A DNA stretch of 64,000 nucleotides from the human T2T-CHM13v2.0 reference genome, Homo sapiens: contig CP086569.2 of assembly GCA_009914755.4 (NCBI GenBank), forward strand, positions 9,792,001-9,856,000, read 5' to 3'. The position numbers were made by a program, and so were the translations under genes. Positions 63,905 to 64,000 of this stretch are shown in pieces. Numbering within the stretch: the stretch's first letter is position 1; every line of letters begins with the position of its first letter. The notes below the pieces were generated by a model. The model ran no database searches. It saw only the letters and a list, made by a program, of their open reading frames with translations, and was not told where the DNA came from.

Positions 63905-64000
63905 ACCTACGTGGACCCAGGTTTCCTGAGGAGCTCCGCTGGACCCGCAGATCTGGCACTGGTCAAAGGCCTCCGGTCCCCAGCAGGCTCAAATGCGGAC

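Larger units (their letters stand above)
60851..64000 (+). repeat. Partial fourth repeat unit (first ~3.1 kb), a diverged copy
   Basis: Same sequence order as 1-3150 but with clearly more substitutions (ORF strings differ at several residues). Confidence 0.85.

Noticed and set aside
1-64000. Possibility that the large direct repeats represent a prokaryotic repeat system (CRISPR array, integron, defence island)
   Set aside because: The repeats are ~20-kb units, not 25-50-bp repeats with spacers. The content is primate (Alu, L1, MaLR, CpG island, spliced six-exon gene with GT/AG introns and AATAAA). No operon-like ORF organisation exists.

Overview
This is primate, almost certainly human, Y-chromosome DNA: a head-to-tail tandem array of ~20.3-kb repeat units, each carrying one six-exon copy of TSPY (testis-specific protein Y-encoded, NAP/SET family). 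This is the known TSPY/DYZ5 array of Yp11.2, so it is established biology rather than a new system. The window is not prokaryotic, so most of the six-frame ORF track is irrelevant. Most ORFs fall in GC-rich antisense sequence, Alu, L1 or LTR remnants.

The window holds three full units and the start of a fourth (unit starts ~1, 20331, 40639, 60851). Each unit contains, in order:
- two ancient antisense TSPY-like pseudogene fragments (~780-1300 and ~12690-13180 in unit 1);
- an inverted, diverged TSPY exon-1-like pseudo-exon lying head-to-head with the real gene across a CpG island (~2572-3336);
- the TSPY gene itself on the plus strand (unit 1 ATG 3960, stop 6522, polyA signal 6693);
- a (TG)n microsatellite;
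- an old antisense Alu;
- a (TA)n-rich repeat;
- an antisense L1 ORF2 fragment;
- two plus-strand Alus;
- a MaLR (THE1/MST-type) LTR;
- Alu 3' fragments with (AAAAC)n and (CA)n tails.

The three TSPY copies differ:
- Unit 1 has a TGG>TGA nonsense change in exon 4, so it is probably a pseudogene.
- Unit 2 looks intact.
- Unit 3 has an in-frame 18-bp duplication in exon 1 (an extra EVEVVA), a His>Gln change in exon 1, and a new CCAAT motif in the promoter.

Units 1, 2 and the first two thirds of unit 3 are nearly identical. From about 53.9 kb onward, the rest of unit 3 and all of partial unit 4 are clearly more diverged and carry indels, including a full Alu where units 1-2 have only a truncated one. 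That looks like a homogenisation boundary or array edge.
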